NCBI RefSeq assembly: GCF_009834535.1
Contig: NC_045696.1
Coordinates: 50,594,001 to 50,658,000, forward strand
Origin: Camelus ferus
Taxonomy: Eukaryota
Length of the DNA: 64,000 bases
Direction: 5' to 3'
The position numbers and the translations under genes are program-made. How positions within the stretch are numbered: position 1 is the first letter of the stretch; each line of letters begins with the position of its first letter. Of the stretch, positions 12,561 to 25,880 are shown piece by piece. A model generated the notes under the pieces. The model worked only from the letters and a program-made list of their open reading frames with translations, ran no database searches and was not told where the DNA came from.

Positions 12561-15500
12561 GCGCGTGTGCACACACATGCATATGTGCGCGCACACACAT
12601 ACACAAGCATGCTGACACACTGTGGGATTGCAGGTTTCCAGAAGGAAAATGGAGGACAAAGAGGCAAAGACAAAGCATCTGAGGAATTAGGTGATAGCTG
12701 TTATGAGAGCTTCACTTAAACACTACCTTTTAGACCAGGCTCTAAGAACACTTTAAAGTTTGATGTTTTAAAATTAAGATCCTTTTTACACTATAACCGA
12801 AGAGCACTTTGATGAGGCTCAAAATGAAACTCTTGCGTGGTTTTTTGCATGAAACCTTTAAGGGTTCTGGAGTTATGTACATATCTTAACATATGGCTGT
12901 TGCAATAGTTTCCAATACCTCAGGCCTTTCCATAGAACTTCGAAGTAGGCATTTATTAAAATATTCTGACATCCTCCTAGTGAAGTCAGTTGGGATTATG
13001 CATAGTCCCATTTTACAAGTGAGAAAACTGAGGCTGTGTTTTTTTATGGCTGCTTATTGGGACTACAGCATGCTGCTGCAATCACCGGGGCCAGCATCAT
13101 CCACAAGCGTGATCCTTGATCCTGAATGGATGGCGCTGAGAATGGGCCGACTGCCATCACCCTTCACAGGTGGGTGCCGGCAGGAGGATGGGCAATTAGG
13201 AGGCCACATAACAACCAGTAACTTTCCTGGGAACAGGGGCATGATGCTACCACCCCCTCCATGCTAATCTAAATGCCACAGTTCGTCTTTGTCAGATGCT
13301 GAAAGTATCTGGGAGATTATATCATTAGAATGACTCACGAAATTAAATAATTACTTGTTTTTGTTTTGTTTTATATGTATATGTCTTTCTTCATGTGACC
13401 TGCTGCTGCCCTATACTATCATAAATCGCAACTTTCTGAAGACAAGTTTCAGTCTGCATACTTGTGTGAATAGCACTGTATGTGTTAGTAGCATTTCAAC
13501 CAGTGGGCATTGTCTTTAAAACGGAGCTGAGGCAACCTGTTGTGGGATCTTCAACTCAGATACTTGCTAAAAAGCTTTAGGGCAAACATTTTTGGCTGGA
13601 AAGTCTAGTATAAAATGAATATAATTCTGCAAATAAAAAAGTATAGCTTACTGTGTTCAGTTATTTCTCCTCAAGGAATGGGAAGAAATGTGAGGTTAAA
13701 AATTATTATTCATTATTGTTGAATTGTCGTGACTAGTAGGTGACAGACATGGTTTCTTCTTTTAAAATATGATACCTGTGGCCACAACTGATTGTAGGAA
13801 AGACTTGGAGAAGATGTTTCTCTTGGGTTCAGCTCTTTTCCTTTTCTGTGCTCCTCTCCCTACTACTAATTTATAATTACCTATGATTTAGGTGGCCCTT
13901 GTCATTCCACAGGATGTTCTTGACCTTTGCCTTACCCTTTGATATTTCTCCTGAGTAACATCTCTTACTCTGGACCAAACCCATTCTCTCCCTTTCATCA
14001 GTACTTTCCAGTCTGGGTATGACTTCCTGGTAATTGGAACATTTCAGGTGTATTCCCCAGGACAGAAAACTTTGGGGGCCAAAGAGCCTTCTTGCAGCAC
14101 TCCTCTCCAGCTCCCCATGGAGGGTCTGTTCATGGGTTGAGTCTGGCCCCTTCAGACCTCTCTTCTGCACCATCACAGCGGGAACCTTAGCCAGCCTTGT
14201 GAGCAAAGCAAAGGAAGCTGTTGCAGTTGTAAAACTATTTTGAAGCTTTCCACGGAGAGAGACCTTCTAGTAGCCCTGGTGCTTCCTAAGAGTTCTCCTC
14301 CCACTCTCAGTGGTGTGAGTGTAAACTATCCAGAAACCCCAGGCCTCTTCATTATCACAGGTCTTGCCTTCCCACTCAAGTCTCCTGCCAGGTGAAACAT
14401 AACCTCTATAGACATGCCAGCCCCCTATAATTGATCCCCCTACACCCATATACAAAGTTACTTACTGCTTTGGTGGCATCTATTATTAGAAGCGATTGGA
14501 GGTGATTTGCACAGCCAGCACATGGTGGGCACAGTATATATGTTGGCAAAGTTGAACAGAATGCCAATAAAAGGACATATCCTTCAGCCATAAAACTCCA
14601 GTAGAAGTTGGCTTGCTTCTGGGACAGTGATCCTCAAAGGGTGGTATAAGGCCCACAGCAGGGAAGAAGGTTCTGCCTTGTGAATCTTGAAAGGGTCAAA
14701 GTATGTCTTCTTTGGGGAGGGGTGGATCTTCATGCAGTAGATGATGGGGTAGGTGAGCCATGGGGCTTTTTGCCGTAGTCAAAAGAATTTGAGAGCATTG
14801 GATAAAAGTGTAGTCTTGCCAGGAAGCAAAGGGATGCCCATTGTCTATGTAGAGTGTCTTCTGTCACACCTGGAAATGGACAGCTTAGCCTGTGGCACGC
14901 AGGGATGCAGAGAAGGTCCACTGATGGCCTTGGCCTCAGAGACTCATCACTGAGGTTCTGAATCCTGACTCTCCTGACATCACTAGAATAGCAGTCCCCA
15001 CCCCCAAGAGCTGAAACTCCAAACCTGTGTACATCCAGCTATCACACATGCACACGTGCGCGCGTGCATGCACACACACGCACACACACCAGTTTGTTAA
15101 TTAACCGTGATGAATACAACTAATAAGAGTACTGATTGTTCACTTTGGCCTTATCAGCGCATTCCTTCAGAATGAAGGATGTGAGTTGAGTTTCAGAAGT
15201 GTCTCTCCTTGAAGAAGCTTTAGGCACTTTCACAGGGTCAGGGGCCCGGAAAACCTCTGTCCACAATAGTGCCTCTGCAAACCTTTTCCTTTATTCCTAC
15301 AGTTGATCACTTTTCCCCTCCCCACCCTACTCCCCAGAGAGATACATTCTGTTCAGAGAGATTGTTAAAACAATATGCATTTAATTGGTGGAGCCCTGAG
15401 GACTGTCCTACTACCTGCTTCCCTGAATTTTCTCCTGGGTCACCTTGATTGATACCTCAGGTATGCCCAAGCTTTGGCTTACACATTTAGGGGTGGTTTC

Positions 15501-17140
15501 CTGGTTTACTTCCACAGGTGGCTAATCACATCCACTGTGTACAGATTTTAGTAGTTTAGCTCTTACAGTGAATTTAGAACACATCTTATTGTGGTCTCTA
15601 GACCCTACAATGTTTTCTAACCCTGTGATTTGTTGGTGGGAGCAAACTCTCCCAAAATCCCAGCTCCTGAGTCACAGAGCTAGACACTGGTATATTCCAT
15701 CTACCATCCCTCCTCTGAAGTAGTCATAGCCTTAACCTCTTCAGTGAAGCTGGCGGTAGACATTCTTCCCACACTGCCTATGAGGAATTGGGATGAGAGT
15801 TCGTTAAGTCCCTTAACAGCAATTTTTTGAACAGTAGAGGAATCAAGTAAGAGATTAAAAAACAACTGCAAATGAGTTTATGTGAAATGAAAAGTTAGCA
15901 ACCGGGGCCCTCAGGTAGGGCGGAAGTTTAATTCTCCTCTCTCTGGGTCAGAGTATCAGTTGTAGCTTTCAGGATGGCCCCAGCTTCTGAAGTGTCACTT
16001 GCTTAGTAAACATCTACTAGTAGCCTCCAACGTGCACGGTGGGGAGTGTGGGCGTGGGATGAATAACAGATGATGAACACGAGATGGTGCGTGCACTCCA
16101 GGAACTCACAGTCTAGTGAAGGCGGGAATACTAGCTTACTGGCAAGTGGTTCCTGGAATAAGTTATGGGATAATGACTGGCAAGAAGGAGCAGGAACATT
16201 TGGAATTACCTGGAGAGGCATTTAACCTTACAGTCCTTCCTGTAAGCACAAGGCTGTTTCTCTGCACTAGGAGCCCTGGTCCCCTTCTTCCTCTTTCTCC
16301 TCGCCCTCCCACTCTTTCCTCCTGGCCTGTGGAGTCTGGCTGTTCTCCCTGCCTGAGGGTTATGGAGCTGCTTTCCAGGATGAGTCATCTCCACCCACCC
16401 CCACACACAGTGGCACCCACTCCGGGAAAGGAACAAGGATCTGCAGTTTAAACTCAAGTTTGGGCTGATATATTTATTTCTTTTAAAGAAGTTAAAGAGT
16501 GAAAACTCTTCTCTGAATGTGCATGGGCTTCGACAGTCCTTTTTAAAGCACAAGGACAAGGATATTGTAAGTTTTTTAAAACGTGTCTGCCGTGGTATCC
16601 GGAGACCCTGGGGCTAAGTACTCTGGACCAGTGAGTGAGAAAAAGCAAAGAAGTCAACTAGCCTCATTTTAAAAGCTAACAAGGAGAGTTATATTAATTT
16701 TAGCTAGACTCCAAAACCAAGAGAAATGTTCCAAGAACAGGCATTCCCTACAGATTCTATTGTTCATAAAATGATAATCTATGATATTATGAATTTGACA
16801 AAGATTTAGTGTCAGTCACCTTAGTGAGCACTGGAAATACTGAGTAAGACATAGTCTCAGCCCTCATGGTTTCTTGACGATATGTCTTCAAAGTAACGTT
16901 TTTTTCAAAGTAAAAGGCATAGCTTCCTAAAAGTTCTGCCAGAACTAAAAGGTCTCTCTCCCTCTCTCTCTCCTCCATCCCCACCTTTCTTTCTCTTCTT
17001 CTCCACCTCTTCCCCTTTCTTTCTATTCCTTCTCTCTCTCTTCCTCTCTCTCCCCACACTGGTGATAGTCGTGGACAGAGTCTGTCTACCACACGGACAT
17101 CCAGGTGCTGCTTTGGATCATCCACATTTTGCTACATGGT

Positions 17141-17552
17141 TGTACCAGTCAGGATAGACTAGGTTATGCTACAGTAACAAACAACCTGAAAATCTTAGTG
17201 GCTTAAAACTACAAAGATTTAGTGTTCACTCAAGCCACATATTCATCACTAGTCAGCAGGGATCTTTGCTTTTTGTGGTCACTTAGAGACCCAAGCTAAT
17301 GGAGCAGCCACCATCTTGAATGTTGCTGGTGATTGTACCAAAGGGGAAAGAATGCTTGGGAAAGTTTCAAAAACAGGCTCCAGGCCCCAGGCCCCAGCCT
17401 CGAAGTGTCACATGGCACTTCCACATAGAATTCAAAGGCTATAACTAGTTACAAAGCCCCATTCAAAAATAAAGAAGCCAAGAAGTTTAATCTTACTCTG
17501 CCAGAACTGAGGAAAACAAAATATTTGGCAAATAGTACTAGTGAGTACCACA
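17141..17552 (-). mobile_element. MLT1 (MaLR) solo LTR, old K/L-like subfamily
   Basis: tgtaccagtcaggatagactaggttatgctacagtaacaaacaacc...agtggcttaaaa...gcagccaccatcttga...gaagtgtcacat...taccaca. Confidence 0.8.
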
Positions 17553-17799
17553 GTGTGTGTTGTGGATTTGACAGATGCTGATCCAAACTCTAAGATCCAC
17601 TGGGCAATTTTAGCCTCAGCATAGTGAATTCTGCCTCCTCAGCCTCAAAGGAAAGTGGGAAATCACAGTTCCCGCCTGGTCTCTGGAATGGTTTGATCCC
17701 AGGGTGACCTTTCATGCCATTCTCCAGCCATATAGATACACACACAGAGAATGGAAATAAGGGAGGTGTAGGGGAGAGAGTGGTGAGATGATGAAATGT

Positions 17800-19180
17800 A
17801 GAGGTTTCAAAATCAACCAGAGTTGGATTTGTGTTCTGCTTTCACCGTTTACTACCCATGTGAACTTGGGCAAATTTCTCAATTCTTCTGTCTCAGTTTC
17901 CTCATCTGAAAAATGGGTCTGATGAAGCTTAAGTCATAAGCTGATTGTTGGGATACACTGAGAGAAATCAGTGAATCTCTTAGGCCAGGGCTTGGTAACT
18001 GATAAGTCCTCAGTAACTGGTAACTGTTATTGTTAGTGTTAGGATTGGAATAATACTCAAACATCAGCACAACATCTGAAAGAAATCAGAGATATTTTTT
18101 AATATTTTCCTTGAGACATGCTACTAAATGTCAAGAAAAGGAGTGTGGGAGAGATGTGCACAGATAACAACAAATAATGCACACAGAGAAGCCAGTGGTG
18201 TGATCCAGCTGGCACACGTTTCCCAATATACAGTCTTTGGGGATCCTATGCATATGACATTCCTAAGTAGTCCTAAGATTAGAGTACCCTCTCTAATCTT
18301 ATATGTATTGACAGCTACCATGCATAGGACCTCACATACAGTATGCTATTTAATCGTAGTGATAAACCCATCAGCTCGTATTTAGATCCCCATTTTAGGA
18401 AAGGGAGCCTTTACAGCAGAGTGGGTAAGAACATAGGCTCTGGTGTCAGACTGCCTGGCTTAAAATTCCAGCTCGACCAATACCAGCTGAGTGTCCCCAG
18501 GCAGCTTCCTTTACCGCTCGCTCATCTGTAAAATGGGAATAATAATTATATGTCACCAGGATGTTGTGTTAATTAGATGAGATAATGTATGTAAAATTCT
18601 TAGCCCAGTGCTTGGCATGTAATGAAGGTTCAATGGATGTTAGTTAGAATTACCAAATATGAGGAAATCAAGACTCCAAAAACTCATCCGTTGCCTGAGA
18701 TCACACAGTTAGTAATTAGGAAAATTTAAACTCTGGTCTTTCCAAATCCAAAGCACATGGGCCTGTGTTTTACCACATCATTCCATTATTTACACCCAAC
18801 TAACTGCCCTTAAGACTGCATTAATCTTCTGATATTTGGGTTAGGCAATTATCAGGCATAGTTGAAGAAAAGCAAGAAATTGTGCAGTAGGCAGACTGAC
18901 AGTGGCAAGAAGTAAATGGAGCCTTTCTATTTTCAGTACCGGTCCAAATCGTCTCCTAAAGACTCTTATACTGTAAGAAGGAAGAGATGTTACTTCAGAG
19001 GTTTAGAGTACTTACTATTCAGTACCTATATCCCTGTGCTAGGTAAGTTCTCTGTTTTCTCGTTTAATCTTCACACAGACCTTTGAAGGAAGTACATACT
19101 TATTTTCTCCATTTTACTGTAGAGGAGACTAAGGGTTAAGGTAATATACCCAAGGTCACGCAGGTGGAAAATGGCAAAGC
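17800..19180. mobile_element. Cluster of four MIR fragments (approx. 17800-18030 +, 18410-18650 +, 18655-18770 -, 19010-19180 -)
   Basis: Repeated MIR cores: ctcagtttcctcatctgaaaaatggg, ctcatctgtaaaatgggaataataat, ccattttactgtagaggagactaagg. Confidence 0.75.
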
Positions 19181-19239
19181 ATCAGAGGATAAATTAGGTT
19201 GAAAACAACCTTTACCAACTGAAAAAATGTAATCTCATT

Positions 19240-19480
19240 TAAAAAAAAATTTTTTAGTCAGCTTTTTTCCACATCATCAGAGTAATAAGTGCTCATTAGA
19301 GGAAGTTTGGAAAATAGTGCAAAGGGCACAGAAACAGGAAAAATTAACCATGACTCTATCACCCAGAGTCAATCACTGTTAAGTCTTTTAGTATAGTTCC
19401 TGCAGGTCTTTTTTTTCTGTGTTTGGTTTTTATTATATAGTTGAGATTACAAACTATAACAGTTTGTAATGCTGTTTTTT
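19240..19480 (-). mobile_element. Old L1 (L1ME-like) 3' end
   Basis: gtaataagtgctcattagaggaagtttggaaaatag...accatgactctatcacccagag...cactgttaa. Confidence 0.6.
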
Positions 19481-20779
19481 AAGAGGCCAAGAATGAACTC
19501 AGTCGTCATTTCTAGTTAATATAATAAAATCTTTGGTTAGAAGAATTCAGGAACCAATCATTCTAGCTGCCATTTATTGACTATTTCTGTATGCCTGGGA
19601 CTGTGCAAAAATAGTTTAAAGTATCTCCTTTTATCCAAACCTATAAAGCAGGTATTAAATAATCAAAACAGAATATTTATGCAACCAGTATTTTAATGCA
19701 CTCCACTTTTTAAGAGAAAGAGGTAAAGGACAACAAATAAGGTGATAGATCTTATTTATTTAAAAGAAACTCAAACAAGAACACTGCCAGGCTGTGGTCT
19801 GTGGTCACCATAAATTGTCTTCTGTTTTCCACCGCTCTTCTATCTGCAGCACGGTGAGGATTGGGGTCCACGATGATGACCACAGTGATGATTGACAAGC
19901 ATCACGGAGTAGGAGTTTCTACCCTTTTCTCCCTTGGCTTGTGCCTAGATAGGCCAGCACTTGAACAGCCCAAGTTACAGGACCCCTCAGTGCACATCAG
20001 AAACGGGAAATGAACCACATCTCCCTAATATGGTCTGGATCATGTCCCAGTTTCCTCCTTTGGTAATGTTTGCTGGCTCTACAGTAGCCCTCTCGTCCCT
20101 AAGATCTGAACTTCAGGATTGCCTCCTCTATAACCCTCAGAAACTTCCTTAACTAGCCACAGACTGAATGGAAAATGGTAGCTGGATTACTTTTGGGGGC
20201 AGTCCTTGCCCTGTAGGATAGGAAGAAATTAAAGGTGAGAAATGACTCTTTCAGATTAAAGTGCTCTCAGCCAAGTAAAATCTAAAAATAATCACCACTT
20301 CGTAAGAACACATGACCCCTAAGGGTCCTAAAAGGAAATGCTAGGGGAGGCTCTGGCTGCAAAGATGCTAAAAGGTCAGGAGTGGACCTTCAGGGTTTGC
20401 TGTTTTACATGTTTAAAGAGTACGTCTGTGTTTTGATAACTGCACTTGCTAATAGCCACCACTTGAATTGCTGCTTCCTGCTTTCTGTTTGTTTTAAATA
20501 AGAAGATTCAGCCAGTAATATTGGGAGGGGCTACAAATGATTTCCCCAGTAGGGAGTGCCTGCTTGTTTTTCCTTCTCCCTGGGCATGTTGACGTGCAGG
20601 CCACACTCACAGACTCACACATCGGAGGAGGAAGCCCCAGGGAGCCCTCCATCTGTATATTTATACAGGAGGTATGTTTAAGGAGGCGCTCAAGTATCAA
20701 GATGCACAGGTAACCATGGTAAAAAGAGGAATTCTGTTACAAGAATTTAAATATGCCATTTCTCATATATTGGTTTCTT

Positions 20780-21260
20780 TCTTCATTCCCTTGACAAACC
20801 TTTAATGAGTACCTACTGTGAGAAACACTGTGTGATTTGCTATGAGACATATTAGTATTTCTAAAAGATGGGTCTTTATTCTCCCCCTTTCAGAAGCTTA
20901 CCATCTTTTGGGGGTACTATCTGATCATCTACTAAAGCATACACCAGTCACGCACAGTGAGAGGTAATGTAGGATGACTGCTTTAGGAATGATAAGGAAG
21001 ATAGGTGTTGTAGGCATATTGAGTAGTAATGTTCCCTTCTGACTCAGAAGACATCAAGGAAGATAGGTGGTGGGGGAAGAGGTGGGCTAGGTGAACAGCA
21101 AATATCCAGAGGCCAAAAAAAAAGGGGGGAGGGGTATAGCACACTGAGAGTTGTAAGCAGATTGGAGGTGGAGAGTGATCAATGGGAAGATACACTGAGA
21201 TGAAATTGGAAGCTAGGGGTCAGATTGTATAGAGCCTTGAATGTCAAGTTCAGTTGACCT
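20780..21260 (-). mobile_element. L2 fragment
   Basis: tttaatgagtacctactgtg...cagaagcttaccatct...ggggtcagattgtatagagccttgaatgtcaag. Confidence 0.65.
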
Positions 21261-22029
21261 AGACATATATAGATAGGGAAGGGTCATAGAGGTACCTCCC
21301 CAGGTCTCAGAAACTCAGGAAATAAGGGTGATATTAGGGCAGAGAATAGCTCTTCACTTTTCAAACGTCTGCTAGGCCAGCAAGCTATCACTGTACATTA
21401 AGGAAATAAATGCATGTAGCATTTGTGAAAGTTGTGGAAAACATAACCTCAGAGTAAAATATAGCTCTTTAAATTGAACCAATTAAGAAAACTATTTAAA
21501 CTATGCTTATTTTTTCACCATGGCCCAGTGGAAGTTCATCACAGCCATTGGTATGGCTAGTTTTTTTTTTTTACTCCAAATCCAAGCTCCTCAAGGAAAC
21601 TTACAGGTACCACATAAGTCAATGGGAGGAGAAGGCTACTTTGGTGTGTTAGCTGCCACCCTGGCCTTGCACATTGGTCTCAATAGAGCTTTGCTAGCAT
21701 GAATAAGTTTCTTCAAGTGGGATCTGCTCTTGGGGCATGGCCAAATCACATTACTGAATCTTCAAAGAGAGGACTAAACCCTAGACTTTGCTGAATTGAT
21801 CAACATAAATGGCCCTTTCTTGAGTCCCATCCAGGCAGCTCACCATTTTCCCTCTAGGCCTCCTTAGAGAATACCTCATCATGCAAAATGCCCACTGTTG
21901 TGGTTAATGGAAAAGTTTATAGACTTGACTGTGTATGGCATATGTAAATCACCAAGAAGTGAATAGAATAAAATAGCCTTACACTGAAAGACCCTGTGTT
22001 TACATTTTTTTGATGATTCAAGAACTACT

Positions 22030-22520
22030 TAACCAAAGACATATCCAGAATGTATTAGAACTCTTAAAATACAATAGAAAACAACCCAATGGGGAAAAAA
22101 AATGAGTAAAATAATTGAACAGGCACTTCACCAAAGAGGATACCTGGATGACAAGTGATCATAGAGAAAGTTGTTGAAAAGCACTAATCATAAAGAAAAT
22201 GCCAATTAAAACCATAATGAGTTACTACTGATGATAATGGCTAAAAGAAGAAACACTGACAATGCCAAGTGCTGACAAGGGTGCAGAGCAACTGAACTCT
22301 AGGCATTGCAAGGGAGAATACAAAAAGTTTTGCCAGTTTTTTAAAAAGTTAAACACGTACAAACCATGTGACCCCGCTCCTAGATATTTACCCTAGATAA
22401 ATGAAAACTTATTTTCACATAAGTAAGTGTACATGCATGTATACAGTCACTCTAGTCATAAACATTCAAAACGTGAAACAACCCAAATGCCCTTCACTAG
22501 GTGAACAAGTAAACAAAAGC
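22030..22520 (+). mobile_element. Old L1 ORF2 C-terminal/3' fragment
   Basis: ttgaacaggcacttcaccaaagaggatac...aaatgccaattaaaaccataatgag...ctcctagatatttaccctagataaatgaaaac...aaacaacccaaatgcccttca. Confidence 0.82.
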
Positions 22521-23238
22521 TACTTCTGAATTTTACAGAACTTTGGGGGGAACATTATGATCAATTAGTGTCATGAGGTGGTACCATGGGAGGGAAATGG
22601 TCATATGTTTTCTTCTGCTTATTCAGATTCTAGATAAAGTAAAGATTTCATGCTGCCACAAACATCAGAAAATGTGCAAATTGTTCACTGATGCTTGCGT
22701 CAGCCACACTGTGTATGTAGGTCTGCATTTTGTCAAAATACGTAAGTATTGAGTGTGAAGTGTAGGTTTTTAGGAGCAGAAGGGTGAAGTATGTGAGTGG
22801 GAGGAGCAAGAGAAAGTCTGGCTGGAGAGTCAGTGAAGGAGTCTGTCTGTCAATGTTGGCTCAGACCCCAGGACCAAAGTGAGGCAAGTGCCTGCCTATG
22901 TGCTTGATTTACAAGTTTTTTAAAGTACTGCTTAAAATCACTGAGTGTCTCTAAAAACTAGTCTTTCGTGGGGTGCAGGGAGGAAACCCCTGTATTTAGA
23001 TGAACTCGAGAGAGCTGGCAAACTTAAAAGAACTGGCACTGCCAGAGGAAACTAACTCCCTGTATCAGTGCAGTCTTTGTCATCTGCTGTCCTGCGTACC
23101 CGGAGACTTGACTTTGTGTCATCCATCCTCCCCACTCTGAAGCAGCAAACGTTCTTTTGCTGCAAATCTATCCATATTCTAAAATGTGCTTAATCAGGGA
23201 TGGGAAAGCCACTAACTGAATTAAATGAGACAGAAATT

Positions 23239-23257
23239 TACCAGCAGGTGGCAATAG
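23239..23257 (+). promoter_or_regulatory. Candidate CTCF site
   Basis: CCAGCAGGTGGCA (23241-23253) matches the CTCF core CCASYAGRKGGCR in non-repeat DNA. Confidence 0.5.
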
Positions 23258-24210
23258 AGGTAATTGTGTCTCCAGAAAGATTAAACTCGTAGTACTTTAT
23301 AAGCTGGACATGGGAACCTTTAGAACTTGCTTGGGCCCCAGCTTCACTTCCTTCTGCCTTAACACCAGCATTCTATGAGACGGAATTGTTCAAGCCAAAA
23401 TACTGTAGCCAGACACATAACCTTTTCCTCACTGAGTGGCTGCTCTGCTCCGATTTCTAAGAGTGGCTCCTTCTCTAAGAATTTGATGTTTTTAATTGAA
23501 AAACTGGAAATAATGGCAAAATCGTGTTACTCTCATAAATTAGATGTATTTGTGGTTAAGGGAAGCTCAAAAAGGTGAAGTAAAACACTGCTTTCAAATA
23601 TAACCTCATGACATTATTAAATAAGCTACACCAAATGTTCAGAGCAAAGATGAAGCAATTAGACTGGACAAAGGGACACTAGGTTCCTAAGTGAATTTCT
23701 CTTACCTTTGTTAATTTCTTTTAGACAGGAGAAAACCCTTAGAATTCAATGGAAAAAATAATTTTTTTAAATTTATACACAATAATTTCAAAGAACAGTG
23801 GAACAGGGTAGTCTGCTGTGAAGCACACGTCCCCTGTGGACAGCAAAGTGTTGTAAAGATAGTCCTGACCTATCTTTACCCTAAAACTTACCAACTGTCT
23901 GCACTTTTTCCTGTTTTGCTAGCTTTCTCTGATTCTCTGGTTCTGTCTCCGTCTGGAGAGGTTCCTAAGTTCCCCTCTAACTCCTAGTCTCATTCTCCAC
24001 AGTCTCTGTTCTGTGGTTCATCACTCCTTTCAATTTCTTTGCAATCTCTCTCTCTTAACTGAAAGGAAATTTGAAATACATGTTTTAGAAAAATAACGAT
24101 TTTTGCTGTATTTCGGTCTTAAATGTAAAGGCTCATTCAGTTTCACAATATTTCTAAAATTCAGAAATAGTGAAGAGGGAAATAGCTCTATGGAGAGGGA
24201 AACAGTTCAA

Positions 24211-24295
24211 GGGGGAGGGTATAGCTCAGTGGTAGAGCACATGCTTACCATGCATAAGATCCTGGGTTCATCCCCAGTACCTCCAATAAAGAAGA
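24211..24295 (+). mobile_element. tRNA-derived SINE (camelid Vic-1 type), short copy
   Basis: gggggagggtatagctcagtggtagagc...ctgggttcatccccagtacctcc with Pol III A/B boxes and an A-rich tail. Confidence 0.85.
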
Positions 24296-25508
24296 AATTA
24301 CTTTCTCAATTATTTAATTTTTTTGTATAAGCACATTCATGTGATTCAAAATTCCAGAGATCCAAAAAGGTAAAAATGTTCTCTCTTACCCCTTCTCCCA
24401 GCCACACAGTTTTCTTTGGAAACACCTAATCCTCCTATTTTCTGAAAAATATTTCCAGAGACATTATATGTATATACAAGCAGTTAAACATATATATTTA
24501 TATATGTGTGTGTATACATATGTATGTATATAGTTGTGTTTATACATCTTATACTTTTCCTTGTTTTTATACAAATTATTAGCATACTTTATACAAAAGC
24601 CCTTGCTTTCTTTCTTTCTTTTTTTTTTTTTTTGCTTAGCTGAATATCTTTGGCAAACATTCCCTATCAATCCAGAAGGAACTTTTTCTTTTCCACAGCC
24701 TCAGACTATTACATTGTATAGATAGTCCATAATTTATTTATCCAGACCACTGCGAATAGGTAGGAAGGATTTTTCCAATTGTATGTTATTACAAACAATT
24801 GTTCAATGAATAACCTTATTCATATGTCATTTTGCATGTATGAGCATATGTCTGAAGGATAAATTCCTAGAAATAGAATTGCTGGACTAAAGGATATGTG
24901 CATTTGTAAGTTTAATAAATATTGCAAAACTGCCCTTCTTAGAATTTGTAGCCCCAGAGATTTGAGAGGGCCTGTCTTTCTGCATTTTTTCATCATCCAG
25001 CCCTCCTTATTGCTCTGTTTTTCACAATTCTTCTATTTTTACTTTTCTTTCTATATAAACTTTAGGACCAACTTTTATCCCCCCAAAAATCATACAGGAA
25101 TTTTTATTAGAATCGCATTTAATGTACAGATTGACTTAGGGAGAATAGATATCTTTGTGATGTTGCATCTCTTTACAGATGCCTTAGATTTGATAAAGTG
25201 TTTATTTCCATCTTTAGTAGCAATTGGATATTTTCTTTATTAAGAATTCACACATTTCTTCTTAAGTTATCCCTTAATGTTTTTATTTATATCACTGCTG
25301 TTTTCAGTGGGACTTTTTCCTTCTGTCTCTGCTGAGTGGTTGCTGTTATATACATGAAACCCTTGATTTTTGTGCCCAGTTTGTGTCTCACCCCCTCAGT
25401 GAATTCTCACATTATTTGTAAAAGAGTCACTTAGGTTTTGGGGGTATAGAATCATATCATGACTCAATAATGATAATTTTATCTCCTTCTTTCCATTTTG
25501 TATGCCTC

Positions 25509-25880
25509 TGTTGTGAACTGACTGTGTCCTCCAAAAATTTGTATGTTGAAGCCCCAACCCCCATTGTGGCTATATTTGGACATGGAGCCTCTAAGGAAAT
25601 AATTCAGAGGGTTGGGAGAGCCCAGATCCAATAAGATTAGTGTCTTATCAGAAGAGACACCAGAGAGCTCTCTCTCTCTCTCTTCACCATGTGAAGACAC
25701 AGTGAGAAAGCAGTACTTCTTGCACTCCCTGCAAACCAGGAAGAGAGGCCTCACCAGAAACTGACCCTACTGGATCTTGATCTTGGACTTCTAGTCTCCA
25801 GAACTGTGAGAAAATAAATTTGTTATCTAAACCACCCAGTCCATGGTACATTGTTATGGCAGCCCCAGCAGACTAATGCA
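25509..25880 (+). mobile_element. MLT1A-like (MaLR) solo LTR
   Basis: TGttgtgaactgactgtgtcctccaaaaatttgtatgttgaagcc...ctccagaactgtgagaaaataaatt...gactaatgCA, with 5-bp TSD gcctc/acctc. Confidence 0.9.
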
